A stretch of DNA of 64,000 nt from Candidatus Fervidifonticultor quintus. GTDB taxonomy: Bacteria > Sysuimicrobiota > Sysuimicrobiia > Sysuimicrobiales > Humicultoraceae. The number at the start of each line of letters is the position of its first letter. The stretch's first letter is position 1. Under the pieces are notes generated by a model that worked only from the letters and a program-made list of their open reading frames with translations, was not told where the DNA came from and did not search any database. The stretch lies in assembly GCA_031459535.1 (NCBI GenBank), contig JAVKIJ010000001.1, positions 1 through 64,000 on the forward strand. The letters run 5' to 3'. Position numbers and translations under genes: made by a program. Of this stretch, positions 40,167 to 49,315 are shown in pieces.

Positions 40167-41099
40167 ATGATCAAGCGCCCCAAAGTGTCCATTGTCGGCG
40201 CGGGGACTGTGGGAACCGCCGCCGCCCACTGGATCGCCAGCCTCGAGCTGGCCGACGTGGTCCTGACCGACATCGTCGAAGGGTTGCCGCAGGGCAAGGC
40301 GCTCGATATCCTCCAGGCCGGGCCGATCGCCGGGTTCGACGTCAGGCTCACCGGGAGCAACGACTATGCGGCGACCGCCGGTTCTGACATCGTCATCATC
40401 ACCGCCGGGATCGCCCGCAAGCCCGGCATGACCCGGGAACAGCTCATCGACACCAACGCCGGCATCGTCCGGTCGGTCATCGAGCCGGCGGTGGCGGCCT
40501 CACCCGATGCCGTCCTCATCATGCTGACTAACCCTCTCGATCCCATGACCTATCTGGCCTACCGGGTGTCCGGGTTGCCTCGCACGCGCGTCGTGGGCCA
40601 GTCGGGCTCGCTGGACTCCACCCGCTTCCGGACCTTTCTCGCCATGGAGCTGGGGGTCTCCGTCGAGGACATTACCGGCATGGTCATCGGCGCCCATACC
40701 GACAAGGACATGGTGCCGCTGCCTCGGCTGGCCACGGTGCGCGGGATTCCCATCTCGCACTTTCTGTCCCAGGAACGGATTGACCACGTGGTGGCACGGA
40801 CCCGACGGGGCGGCGCGGAGATTACCGAGTTGATGAAGGCCAGCGGCTTCACCGCAGCCGGCGCGGCCCTGTGCGAGATGGTCGAGGCCATCGTCCGGGA
40901 CAAGAAGCGCTTGATCCCCAGCTGCGTCTACCTCGACGGCGAGTACGGTCAGCGCGACGTGTGCGTCGGCGTCCCGGTGGTGCTGGGGGCGGGCGGGGTG
41001 GAGAAGATCATCGAGATCCCCCTGGACGCGGCGGAGCAGGCGGCGTTTGCGGCCTCGGTGAATGCCGTGCGGGAGATGCTGCCGGCCCTGAAGCTGTAG
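40167..41099 (+). CDS. mdh: malate dehydrogenase (LDH-like type)
   Basis: VGAG.VG, TAGIARKPGMTR (Arg specificity loop), TNPLD, LDS.RF; TCA gene context. Confidence 0.9.
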   Translation: MIKRPKVSIVGAGTVGTAAAHWIASLELADVVLTDIVEGLPQGKALDILQAGPIAGFDVRLTGSNDYAATAGSDIVIITAGIARKPGMTREQLIDTNAGIVRSVIEPAVAASPDAVLIMLTNPLDPMTYLAYRVSGLPRTRVVGQSGSLDSTRFRTFLAMELGVSVEDITGMVIGAHTDKDMVPLPRLATVRGIPISHFLSQERIDHVVARTRRGGAEITELMKASGFTAAGAALCEMVEAIVRDKKRLIPSCVYLDGEYGQRDVCVGVPVVLGAGGVEKIIEIPLDAAEQAAFAASVNAVREMLPALKL

Positions 41100-41121
41100 G
41101 CACCGCGCCGTGAGGGGCCTC

Positions 41122-41727
41122 ATGGTTGTCGAACCCGTGGTGCTCCAGGGAGCGCACGTGCGCCTGGAGCCCCTGTCGCTCCACCACCACACCGCGCTGG
41201 TGCAGGTCGGGCTGGACGAAGAGCTGCTCAGGTGGACCGAGGCGTACCCGCCGGCACCAGAGGGGCTGCGGGCCTACATCGAAGCCGCCCTGCAGCTCCA
41301 GGCAGAGGGGACCGCGCTTCCCTTTGCCGTCATTAGCACGGCGGACGGCCGGGCGGTGGGGAGCACCCGCTACGGCAACATCGAGCGCGCCCACCGTCGT
41401 GTCGAGATCGGCTGGACCTGGTACGGGCGGGCCTGGCAGCGCACGGCGGTCAACACCGAGTCGAAGTACCTGCTGCTCGCCCACGCGTTCGAGACCCTGG
41501 GATGCATTCGCGTGGAGTTCAAGACCGACGCGCTGAACGAACGCTCCCGCCGGGCTCTGCTGCGGATCGGGGCAAAGGAAGAGGGGATCTTCCGGCACCA
41601 CATGATCCTGCCCAGCGGGCGCGTCAGGGACACGGTCTACTACAGCATCATTGACGATGAGTGGCCGGCGGTGCGGGCCCACCTTCAGACCCTGCTCGCG
41701 AGCCGCGCCCCAAGGAGCCCAACATGA
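41122..41727 (+). CDS. GNAT family N-acetyltransferase (RimJ/RimL-like)
   Basis: GSTRY, VEIG.TW, NTE.KYLLL.HAFE, RDTVYYSI. Confidence 0.88.
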   Translation: MVVEPVVLQGAHVRLEPLSLHHHTALVQVGLDEELLRWTEAYPPAPEGLRAYIEAALQLQAEGTALPFAVISTADGRAVGSTRYGNIERAHRRVEIGWTWYGRAWQRTAVNTESKYLLLAHAFETLGCIRVEFKTDALNERSRRALLRIGAKEEGIFRHHMILPSGRVRDTVYYSIIDDEWPAVRAHLQTLLASRAPRSPT

Positions 41728-42833
41728 AGCTTCACGAGTTCCAGGCCAAGGAGATCTTCGCCAGGTATGGCATCCCGATTCAGAAGGGCGCCGTGATCGA
41801 GCGCCCTGAACAGGTGGACGGCCTGGAGATCCCCTACCCCGTGGTCCTGAAGGCCCAGGTCCTGGTCGGCGGCCGCGGCAAAGCGGGCGGGATCAAGCTG
41901 GCCCATACCCCCCCCGAGGCCAGGGAGAAGGCCGCGCAGATCCTCGGCATGGACATCAAGGGCGAGCGGGTCAGACGCCTGCTGGTGGTCGAGGCCGCCA
42001 ACATCGGCGCCGAGTACTACCTGGCCTTCACCGTGGACCGCAGCGCGCGCCGGCTGGTGTGCATCGGGTCGGCTGCCGGCGGCGTGGACATCGAGGAAGT
42101 GGCCCGAACCACGCCAGAGAAGATCGCCAAGATCCCCATTGATCCCTTCGTGGGCTTCAGACCCTTCATGGCCCGCGAGATGGGCCGAAAACTGGGGTTT
42201 GCGGGAGATGCCCTCCTACAGTTCGCGTCCATCGCCACGGCGCTGGGGCGGCTTTGCACCGAGATGGACGCCGAACTGGCAGAGATCAACCCACTGGCCG
42301 TGGTCGACGGCTCCCTGCTGGCCATTGATGCCAAGCTGATCATCGACGACAACGCCACGTTCCGGCATGACGATCTGCCTCGCAATGAGGAGATGACCGA
42401 GCTCGAAGCCATGGCGAGGGCGCACGACCTCTCGTACGTGGAGCTGGACGGCGACATCGCCGTGATCGGCAACGGGGCGGGGCTGGTCATGTCCACCCTG
42501 GACATGATCGCGCACTTCGGGGGCAAGCCGGCCAACTTCCTGGACGTGGGCGGCGGCGCCACCACCGAGAACATGACCCAGGCCATGACCATTGTGTTGC
42601 GCAAGCCAGGCGTGCGAGCACTGCTGGTCAATATCTTCGGGGGTATCACCCGTTGTGACGACATCGCCCGCGCCATCGCGGCGCAGCCGCCCAGGGTGCC
42701 GATGGTGGTCCGTCTCACCGGGACCAACGAAGCAGAAGGCCGCGCGATCCTCGAGGCGGCCAAGATCCACGCGCACACCGATCCGGAACCCGCGGCCCGG
42801 GAGGTCGTGGCGCTGGCCGCCGGAGCGCGCTAG
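41724..42833 (+). CDS. sucC: succinyl-CoA synthetase beta subunit
   Basis: MKLHEFQAK, KAQV..GGRGKAGG, EINPL, NGAGL.M.T.D, NFLDVGGG. Confidence 0.96.
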   Translation: MKLHEFQAKEIFARYGIPIQKGAVIERPEQVDGLEIPYPVVLKAQVLVGGRGKAGGIKLAHTPPEAREKAAQILGMDIKGERVRRLLVVEAANIGAEYYLAFTVDRSARRLVCIGSAAGGVDIEEVARTTPEKIAKIPIDPFVGFRPFMAREMGRKLGFAGDALLQFASIATALGRLCTEMDAELAEINPLAVVDGSLLAIDAKLIIDDNATFRHDDLPRNEEMTELEAMARAHDLSYVELDGDIAVIGNGAGLVMSTLDMIAHFGGKPANFLDVGGGATTENMTQAMTIVLRKPGVRALLVNIFGGITRCDDIARAIAAQPPRVPMVVRLTGTNEAEGRAILEAAKIHAHTDPEPAAREVVALAAGAR

Positions 42834-43732
42834 TGACAGTGCGAAACCGGATGCCGGCCCTGCTGCTGGCGTTGGTTCTCCTGCTGGCGCCGGTCTGGCC
42901 GGTTGTCGCGGCGCCGCCCCCGGCATCCCCCGCGCCGCCTGCCCGCCACGTGGTCGTCCTGAGCCTCGATGGCGCGCGGGCCGACGCGCTGCGGGCTGTG
43001 GTGCCGGCGTCCCTGGTCGCTCGGGGAGGTGCGTCGTGGACCGCGCAGACCGTGCGACCGAGCCTGACCCTTCCGGCCCACGCCTCGATGCTCTCGGGCC
43101 TGATACCGGCCGTGCACGGAGTGACGTTCAATGACTGGCGCGAAGGCGGGCCGCCCTTCCGCCACCCCACGGTCTTCACAGCGGTCGTCGGCGCCGGCGG
43201 CCGGGTCGCGGCGTTCGTCAACAAGCAGAAGCTCATGATGCTGGTCCTCCAGGGCCCGGGCGCGTACGCCCGGTGGCTGGCCTACCCGCGCTTCCGCCAG
43301 GCCGACGTGGTCGAGACAGCGGCGCGGTACTTCGTGGAGCAGCGGCCGGCGTTCCTGTTCGTCCACGTGGCCGACCCCGACGATCGCGGCCACGCCCGGG
43401 GCTGGATGAGCGAGGAGTACTTGGCCGCCATCGCCGCTGCCCCGGGCCTGATGGAACGCCTGTTGCGCGCATTCGACGATGCCGGGGTCGGGGCGGCGGC
43501 ACTGCTCATCGTCACCGCTGACCATGGTGGCCACGGCACAACCCACGGCACGACCCGCCCCGAGGACATGACCATTCCGTGGCTGGCGCTGGGCGGGGCG
43601 GCCCGGTCGGGGGCGGTGCTGGGCCAGGTCATGGTGTACGACACGGCGCCCACGGCCCTGGTCGCCCTCGGCCTGCCGGTCCCTCCCGACTGGCAGGGGC
43701 GCGCCGTGGCGGAGGCGCTGCGCCCCAGATGA
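42833..43732 (+). CDS. exported alkaline phosphatase superfamily protein (nucleotide pyrophosphatase/phosphodiesterase type)
   Basis: Signal peptide, SLDG.R.D, S.TLP.H.SM..G, D..GH..G, TADHGG. Confidence 0.85.
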   Translation: MTVRNRMPALLLALVLLLAPVWPVVAAPPPASPAPPARHVVVLSLDGARADALRAVVPASLVARGGASWTAQTVRPSLTLPAHASMLSGLIPAVHGVTFNDWREGGPPFRHPTVFTAVVGAGGRVAAFVNKQKLMMLVLQGPGAYARWLAYPRFRQADVVETAARYFVEQRPAFLFVHVADPDDRGHARGWMSEEYLAAIAAAPGLMERLLRAFDDAGVGAAALLIVTADHGGHGTTHGTTRPEDMTIPWLALGGAARSGAVLGQVMVYDTAPTALVALGLPVPPDWQGRAVAEALRPR

Positions 43733-43756
43733 TGCGATCGCAGATCGGAGGACGCG

Positions 43757-44623
43757 ATGGCCATACTCGTTGATGAACACACCCGGGTGCTGGTGCAGGG
43801 CATCACGGGATACCAGGGCGAGTTCCACACGCGCCGGATGCTGGAGTTCGGCACCAAGGTCGTGGCCGGGCACCGGCCGGGCAAGGGTGGCCAGACGGTG
43901 GCCGGGGTGCCGGTGTTCGACACGGTCGCCGAAGCGGTGGCCCAGACAGGGGCCACGGCCTCGTGCATCTTCGTGCCGGCCCGGACCGCCAAGGACGCGG
44001 CCCTGGAAGCCATTGCCTCGCGCCTGAATCCCGTGGTGATCATCACCGAGCACATCCCGGTGCAGGATGCCATCGAGATCGTGGCTGCAGCCAAAGCATC
44101 CGGGGTCCACGTCGTCGGCCCCAACGGCCCGGGGCTGGCCTCGCCGGGCAGGTGCAAGATCGGCATCATGCCCAACCACCTCTTCACGCCGGGTCCGGTG
44201 GGACTGGTGTCGCGGAGCGGTACGCTCACCTACGAGATCGTGGCAGGTTTGACCGCGGCAGGGATCGGACAGAGCACGGCGCTGGGGTTGGGCGGCGATC
44301 CGGTCGTCGGCCTCAACTTCGTCGAAGCCATCACGATGTTCAACGACGACCCCGAGACCGAGGTCATGGTCATGGTGGGCGAGATCGGCGGCAGCGCCGA
44401 GGAGGAGGCCGCGCAGTTCGTGCGGACGTCGGTGAGAAAGCCGGTCGTGGGCTACATTGCCGGGCTCACGGCGCCGCCGGGCAAGCGGATGGGGCACGCC
44501 GGCGCGGTGATCTCCGGGACCGAGGGCACGGCGCAGGGGAAGATCAAGGCGATGGAGGCGGCGGGCATCACGGTGGTGGACCTGCCCGGCCGCGTGGCCG
44601 GCGCAGTCCGAGGACTCCTCTAG
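43757..44623 (+). CDS. sucD: succinyl-CoA synthetase alpha subunit
   Basis: VQGITG, GPN.PG, SRSGTLTYE, GKRMGHAGA. Confidence 0.96.
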   Translation: MAILVDEHTRVLVQGITGYQGEFHTRRMLEFGTKVVAGHRPGKGGQTVAGVPVFDTVAEAVAQTGATASCIFVPARTAKDAALEAIASRLNPVVIITEHIPVQDAIEIVAAAKASGVHVVGPNGPGLASPGRCKIGIMPNHLFTPGPVGLVSRSGTLTYEIVAGLTAAGIGQSTALGLGGDPVVGLNFVEAITMFNDDPETEVMVMVGEIGGSAEEEAAQFVRTSVRKPVVGYIAGLTAPPGKRMGHAGAVISGTEGTAQGKIKAMEAAGITVVDLPGRVAGAVRGLL

Positions 44624-44715
44624 GCGTGCCCGCCGTGCCCGGGCCGCGCGCCCGCGTGGTGCTTCTTCCCGTGCTATAGTGCGGTGGGGAAAGGCACGCG
44701 CGCGTGGAGGGGACG

Positions 44716-45063
44716 ATGCTGACCGGATTCCTGTTTCGCTGGCTGTGCAATGCCGTTGCCATCTACCTTGCCGCGCGCATCGTCCCCGGGCTCCGCGTAC
44801 CCGACGCCATGGCGGCCGCGGTCGCCGCCCTGGTGTTGGGATTGGCGAACGCTTCGATCCGCTGGGCGATGCTGATTCTGACCCTGCCGCTCAACATCCT
44901 GACCCTGGGGCTGTTCACCCTGGTTGTCAACGCACTGATGCTCTACCTGGTGGCGGCCATCGTTCCAGCCTCGCTGCAGATTGCTTCTTTCCGGTCTGCA
45001 TTCTGGGGAGCGTTGCTCATTGCGGTCATCAGCACGATCCTCAGCCACCTCGCCCGCCGGTAG
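44716..45063 (+). CDS. YvlD-like membrane protein (phage holin family, 4 TM)
   Basis: LTLPLNILTLGLF.LVVNA; an extended -10 element TGCTATAGT lies upstream at 44672-44680. Confidence 0.85.
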   Translation: MLTGFLFRWLCNAVAIYLAARIVPGLRVPDAMAAAVAALVLGLANASIRWAMLILTLPLNILTLGLFTLVVNALMLYLVAAIVPASLQIASFRSAFWGALLIAVISTILSHLARR

Positions 45064-46003
45064 CGTCCTGGCCCGGGCCCGGGGGCTGCGCCCCACACCC
45101 GGCCGCCGGGCGCATCCCATCCAGTTTGTCATCGTCACCGGGCTCTCGGGCGCTGGAAAGTCCACGGCCCTGAAGGTGTTCGAGGACCTGGGGTTCTTCT
45201 GCGTGGACAACCTGCCGCCGGCGCTGCTGCCCAAGTTCGCGGACCTGTGCCTGCACTCCGATGAGAAGATCCGTCGGGTTGCGTTGGGCATAGATATCAG
45301 GGGGGGCGAGTTTTTCGACGAGCTGTTCTCGGCCGTCCGGGAGGTATCGCGCCGGGGATTGCGGGCCGACATCCTCTTCCTCGACGCCTCAGACGACGTG
45401 CTGGTCCGTCGGTTCAAGGAGACGCGGCGCAAGCACCCGCTGGCCCAGACCGGCAGCGTGCTGGCGGGCATTCGCGCCGAGCGCCGCCGGTTGGAGGCGG
45501 TCAAGGGCGCCTCGCACCGGATCATTGACACGTCCAGCCTCTCGGTCAAGGAACTGCGCGACGAAGTCGCGGCAGCCTACCTCGACCGGCGGGCGCCGGC
45601 CCGCCAGCTCGAGATCAGCATCGTCACCTTCGGATACAAGCACGGCATCCCCATTGACGCCGACCTGCTATTCGATGTGCGGTTTCTGCCCAACCCGCAC
45701 TACCATGAGGCCCTGCGGTCGCTGCCGGGCACCCACGGGCGCGTCAGGCGCTACGTGCTGGGCCACCAGGAGACACGGGAGTTCCTCGAGCGCATCTACG
45801 ACTTCACCGGCTATCTCCTGCCGCAGTTCGTGAGCGAAGGGAAGACCCACCTGACCATCGGCCTGGGCTGCACCGGGGGCCGGCATCGTTCGGTGGTCGT
45901 GGGCGAGGTGCTGGCCCGGCATCTGCGCGGCCTCGGCTACCGGGTGAGGGTGCGGCACCGCGACCTCCGGCGAGAGGACCGGGAGTCGGAGACGGCGGGA
46001 TGA
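44981..46003 (+). CDS. rapZ: RNase adapter RapZ/YvcJ P-loop protein (true start unclear)
   Basis: VTGLSGAGKS, CVDNLP, RRFKETRR.HPL, FDVRFLPNP, GCTGGRHRSV. Confidence 0.92.
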   Translation: MLLSGLHSGERCSLRSSARSSATSPAGSVLARARGLRPTPGRRAHPIQFVIVTGLSGAGKSTALKVFEDLGFFCVDNLPPALLPKFADLCLHSDEKIRRVALGIDIRGGEFFDELFSAVREVSRRGLRADILFLDASDDVLVRRFKETRRKHPLAQTGSVLAGIRAERRRLEAVKGASHRIIDTSSLSVKELRDEVAAAYLDRRAPARQLEISIVTFGYKHGIPIDADLLFDVRFLPNPHYHEALRSLPGTHGRVRRYVLGHQETREFLERIYDFTGYLLPQFVSEGKTHLTIGLGCTGGRHRSVVVGEVLARHLRGLGYRVRVRHRDLRREDRESETAG

Positions 46004-47340
46004 GCGGCCCGTGGCAGCGCTGGGGGCGGTGGCTGGCGCCGGGCCTCGGGATCAAGCGCTGGGGCCTGCTCATCGGCGCTGGCATTCTGGTTTTCAGTGC
46101 CGGGTTCTCCCTGCTGGTCAACCTGGGCATGCTGGCCCAGTACGAAGCGGCCATCTTCCGGTTTGCCGGGTGGGCCCACCGCCTCACGGGCGGTCTCGCC
46201 ACCTCACCGGTGCTGGGCGTGACCGGCATCGTGTTGGGGGTGCTCATCACCCTGTTCGGCCTGCGCGGGACGCTGCGGTCCATCGACCGGGTGCTCTTCC
46301 CGTCCGGCAGCCCCGGGCTCGTGGAGGCCCTGCGCGAGCACCGTCGGAAGCGCCGCGGCCTCAACATCGTGGCCCTGGGCGGCGGGACCGGGCTGGCCAC
46401 CTTGCTGCGCGGCCTCAAGCACTACACGTCCAACATCTCTGCGGTGGTGACGGTGTTCGATGACGGTGGCTCGTCTGGACGGTTGCGCCGCGAGCTGGGG
46501 ATCCTGCCGCCGGGCGACATCCGTGACTGCCTGGTGGCGCTTGCCGAGGCCGAACCGCTGATGACCGACCTCTTCGAGTACCGGTTCAAGGGAGGCGCCC
46601 TCGATGGCCACGCCTTCGGCAACCTGTTCATCGCCAGCCTGACCGGCGTGACCGGTGATCTGGAGCTGGCGGTCAAGGAGACGAGCAAGGTCCTCAAGAT
46701 CCGCGGTCGCGTGTTGCCAGCCACCGGGCATGACGTGGTACTCGCGGCCGAGTTCGAAGACGGCCGCATCATCGACGGCGAGTCGCAGATCACCGCGGCC
46801 CGCGGCCGCATCAAGCGCGTCTTCCTGCGCGGCGAGGTCTACCCGCTGCCCGAAGTGCTCGAAGCCATCGCCGACGCCGATCTGATCCTCATCGGCCCGG
46901 GCAGCCTGTACACCAGTGTGATCCCCAACCTGCTGGTGAGCGGCGTTGCCGACGCCATCCGCGAGGCGCACGTGCCGTGCCTGTACATCTGCAACGTCAT
47001 GACGCAGCCGGGCGAAACCGACGGGTACACGGCGGCCGACCACGTGCGCGCCATCTTCGCCCACGCGGGCGCTGCGCTGTTCTCCCACGTGCTGGTCAAC
47101 ACCCAGATGCCCCGGAACCGGGCGCTGCTGGAGCGGTATGCCGACCAGGGTAGCGTACCGGTGGCACCCGCGGTGGCCGAACTGGAGAGCCTGGGCCTGA
47201 CCCCGGTGGGGTTCCCGCTGATCAGCGAACAGGAGCTGCTCCGCCACGATCCGGTGGCGCTGGCCGCGGCCATCTTCAAAGTCATGGGGATGGTAACCGG
47301 TCGGTACCGCGACGACAGCCGGATGGTCTTGAGCCGGTAG
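46000..47340 (+). CDS. yvcK: YvcK/GlmR family protein with N-terminal TM region
   Basis: GGGTGL, DDGGSSG.LR, PPGDIR, GPGSLYTS, NVMTQPGET, RHD. Confidence 0.92.
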   Translation: MSGPWQRWGRWLAPGLGIKRWGLLIGAGILVFSAGFSLLVNLGMLAQYEAAIFRFAGWAHRLTGGLATSPVLGVTGIVLGVLITLFGLRGTLRSIDRVLFPSGSPGLVEALREHRRKRRGLNIVALGGGTGLATLLRGLKHYTSNISAVVTVFDDGGSSGRLRRELGILPPGDIRDCLVALAEAEPLMTDLFEYRFKGGALDGHAFGNLFIASLTGVTGDLELAVKETSKVLKIRGRVLPATGHDVVLAAEFEDGRIIDGESQITAARGRIKRVFLRGEVYPLPEVLEAIADADLILIGPGSLYTSVIPNLLVSGVADAIREAHVPCLYICNVMTQPGETDGYTAADHVRAIFAHAGAALFSHVLVNTQMPRNRALLERYADQGSVPVAPAVAELESLGLTPVGFPLISEQELLRHDPVALAAAIFKVMGMVTGRYRDDSRMVLSR

Positions 47341-47379
47341 GCCGCGCTCTGGGCGCACCACGGGAAGGGAGCTGATGTC

Positions 47380-48804
47380 GTGAGCGAGGATGTCCTGCCG
47401 CCGGCCGAGCCGTTCCGCGTCAAGATGGTCGAGCCGATCCGCCGACTGACCCGCCAGCAGCGCGTCCGGGCCCTGGAGGAGGCCCACTTCAACCTGTTCT
47501 TGCTCAAGTCCGAGGACGTCTACATCGACCTGCTGACCGACAGCGGCACCTCGGCGATGAGCGATCGCCAGTGGGGCGCGCTGATGGTCGGCGACGAGGC
47601 GTACGCCGGCAGCCGCAGCTTTTACCGGCTGCGAGAGGCCGTCGAGGACGTCCTGGGATTTCCCTACGTGATTCCGACCCACCAGGGCCGCGGGGCCGAG
47701 CACGTGCTGTTCACGGCCCTGGTGCAGCCCGGCCAGCACGTGATCGGCAACGTGCACTTCGACACCACGCGGGCCCACATCGAGCATCGCGGGGCCACGG
47801 CCCACGACCTGGCCGTGGAGGCGATCCACGATCCGCTGGATCCGGCGCCTTTCAAGGGCAACCTGGATGTCGAGCGGGCCGAAGCTCTCATCCGCCACGT
47901 GGGCCCCCGGGCCGTGGCGCTGATCCTGGTAACCGTGACCTGTAACACCGGCGGTGGCCAGCCTGTGGCCCTCTCGAACCTGAGGGACGTACGTGCGCTG
48001 GCCGACCGCTGGGGCATCCCGTTCTTCCTCGACGCCTGCCGCTTCGCCGAGAACGCCTATCTCATCCAGCAGCGCGAGCCCGGATATGCCGCCCGCCCGG
48101 TGGCGTCCATCGTCCGGGAGATGTGTGGCCTCGCCGACGGGTGTACCTTCAGCGCCAAGAAGGACGGCCTGGCCAACATCGGCGGGTTCATCGCGGTGCG
48201 CGACCCTACCCGCTACCGCCAGGTGTCCCCGTGGGCGGTGCTCTTCGAAGGGTTCCTGACCTACGGTGGTCTGGCGGGTCGGGATCTGGAGGCCATCGCC
48301 GTGGGTCTGCGCGAGGTGACCGATGAGGCCTATCTGGAGTGGCGCGTCGGCCAGGTCGCGCGCCTCGGCGAAGGGCTTCGGGCGGCGGGGGTGCCCATCG
48401 TGGAGCCCGTGGGCGGTCACGCCGTCTTCCTGGACGCCAGGCGCTTCCTGCCCCACATTCCGCAGTCGGCCTTTCCGGCGCAGGCGCTGGCCTGCGCCCT
48501 CTACGCCGACGGCGGGGTGCGCGGTGTGGAGATCGGCGGCGTCATGGCCGGCCGCGACCCGCAGACCGGTGCCGAGCGGCCGCCCCGGCTGGAGCTGGTG
48601 CGTCTGGCCGTGCCGCGGCGCGTCTACAGCGATGCGCACATGGCGGTGGTGGTAGCCACCGCGCGGCGCACGCTGGCCCGCCGCGCAGAGATCGGCGGAT
48701 TGCGGTTCGTCTACGAGCCGCCAGTCCTGCGCCACTTCACCGCCGAGTTCGCGCCGATCCCGCAGGCGGTGCCGGGGGACCTGCGGCAGGTGAAGCCCGC
48801 GTAG
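47380..48804 (+). CDS. tnaA: tryptophanase (beta-eliminating lyase family)
   Basis: EPFR.K.VE, IDLLTDSGT, SAKKDG; HFDTT and LRHFTA favour tryptophanase over tyrosine phenol-lyase (FTTT, LRFFTA). Confidence 0.82.
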   Translation: MSEDVLPPAEPFRVKMVEPIRRLTRQQRVRALEEAHFNLFLLKSEDVYIDLLTDSGTSAMSDRQWGALMVGDEAYAGSRSFYRLREAVEDVLGFPYVIPTHQGRGAEHVLFTALVQPGQHVIGNVHFDTTRAHIEHRGATAHDLAVEAIHDPLDPAPFKGNLDVERAEALIRHVGPRAVALILVTVTCNTGGGQPVALSNLRDVRALADRWGIPFFLDACRFAENAYLIQQREPGYAARPVASIVREMCGLADGCTFSAKKDGLANIGGFIAVRDPTRYRQVSPWAVLFEGFLTYGGLAGRDLEAIAVGLREVTDEAYLEWRVGQVARLGEGLRAAGVPIVEPVGGHAVFLDARRFLPHIPQSAFPAQALACALYADGGVRGVEIGGVMAGRDPQTGAERPPRLELVRLAVPRRVYSDAHMAVVVATARRTLARRAEIGGLRFVYEPPVLRHFTAEFAPIPQAVPGDLRQVKPA

Positions 48805-48955
48805 GATTCGCGCCGCCCGGCGCCGAACCAACCAGGGACTCGTGCAGGTCCAGCCGATCGGGACTCTCTGTTCCCCGGGGTGATATGGTGACGGCGCCGG
48901 GTGCCGGACCGTAGGAGGCGCCCGACGCTTCGGCCGACGTGCGCGAGGGACGGAC

Positions 48956-49315
48956 ATGCTGCTGGTTGACTGGCTCTACGTCGGGGTGTTCGTCGTGGTG
49001 GGTCTGCTCATGGCGGCCCTGCCGCTGGCGGTGGTCTGGCTGCTGGCACCCCGGGCCGACTATCCACAGAAGCGCACCACCTACGAGTCCGGCGTCGTGC
49101 CCTTCGGTCAGGCCTGGGCGCAGTTCAACGTGCGCTACTACCTGTTCTCGCTGGTCTTCGTCATCTTCGCGGTGGAAGTGATCTACCTGTATCCCTGGGC
49201 GATCGTCTTCCGCCAGATGGGCAGGTACGCGTTCTTTTCGATGGCGGTCTTCCTCGTCATCCTGTTCCTCGGGTTAGTCTACGCCTGGCGGAAGGGCGCG
49301 CTGGAGTGGTCATGA
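48956..49315 (+). CDS. nuoA: NADH-quinone oxidoreductase subunit A
   Basis: K..TYESG loop, RYY, LYPWA, YAWRKGALEW. Confidence 0.94.
   Translation: MLLVDWLYVGVFVVVGLLMAALPLAVVWLLAPRADYPQKRTTYESGVVPFGQAWAQFNVRYYLFSLVFVIFAVEVIYLYPWAIVFRQMGRYAFFSMAVFLVILFLGLVYAWRKGALEWS

Noticed and set aside
44716-45063. Holin-family gene as a phage lysis gene
   Set aside because: Housekeeping yvlD-rapZ-yvcK context with no endolysin.
47380-48804. Tyrosine phenol-lyase call and a tnaC-type leader peptide
   Set aside because: Diagnostic residues fit tryptophanase; the 39-nt gap after yvcK leaves no room for a leader.
46204-48957. 917-aa antisense ORF and many other long alternative-frame ORFs
   Set aside because: Shadow ORFs expected in high-GC DNA; they overlap well-supported genes and show no recognisable motifs.
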